The notes below the pieces were generated by a model. It saw nothing but the letters and a program-made list of their open reading frames with translations, did not search any database and was not told the origin of the DNA. A program made the translations under genes and the position numbers. 64,000 nt of DNA from Tubulanus polymorphus (Eukaryota > Animalia > Nemertea): the NCBI RefSeq assembly GCF_964204645.1, contig NC_134028.1, positions 9,796,001 to 9,860,000 of the forward strand, given 5' to 3'. Every line of letters starts with the position of its first letter. Position 1 is the stretch's first letter. Below, piece after piece: positions 63,636 to 64,000 of this stretch.

Positions 63636-63912
63636 TTATTTATTCATTTTATTTACACTCAAACCCATTACAGGTATCAGAGGGACAACATAAAATTTAC
63701 AGATGTATAACACGGTATAAAAAATACGCATTCAATAACACAATATACTTGTTTAAATGAAGTAACAGAAATTAACATAGTAACTAATTAGAACTATCCA
63801 TGCATAGAGATATATTTATTCATTTATTTTATTTTTATTAACACTCAAACCCATTTCAGGTATTAGAGGGACAACATATGAATTAGGATTTTATTTACAC
63901 TCCAACCATTTC
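63636..63912. repeat. Direct repeats of a ~55-bp unit, possibly stacked retroelement 3' tails on the - strand
   Basis: TTTATT(T/A)ACACTCAAACCCATT.CAGGTAT.AGAGGGACAACATA occurs at ~63648 and ~63834; a partial third copy is at ~63890. Confidence 0.6.
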
Positions 63913-64000
63913 TATGGTACATGGAGGTAGACTTATACAAAGTATACAATATTTACAATTAACAGAAAGTATAAACTTGTTTTGATAAAATATAACAAAG

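Overview
AT-rich, intron-containing animal genomic DNA. The repeat families and protein sequences look lophotrochozoan-like, but the species cannot be determined from the sequence. Two spliced genes lie on the + strand. (1) A mitochondrial dicarboxylate carrier (SLC25A10/DIC) at 7728-19269 has 8 constant coding exons and two duplicated, splice-compatible terminal exons; the distal one adds an acidic/His-rich tail. (2) A Pitx K50 homeobox gene at 28448-54776 has two candidate alternative first coding exons about 19 kb apart, a homeobox exon and an OAR-domain exon. A tRNA-Leu(UAG) gene lies between them on the - strand. The rest is intronic or intergenic DNA with many non-autonomous elements: Helentron/HINE-like elements with 154-bp internal arrays, a long-TIR element with a 9-bp TSD next to the tRNA, MITEs with TA, TAA and 5-bp TSDs, and 28-35-bp palindromic insertions with 7-bp TSDs. 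Decayed LINE, Copia-gag and Penelope-like fragments and microsatellites are also present. Most ORFs in the supplied track are spurious. All exon calls were made by eye from GT/AG boundaries, reading frame and recalled family motifs; no database search was run.
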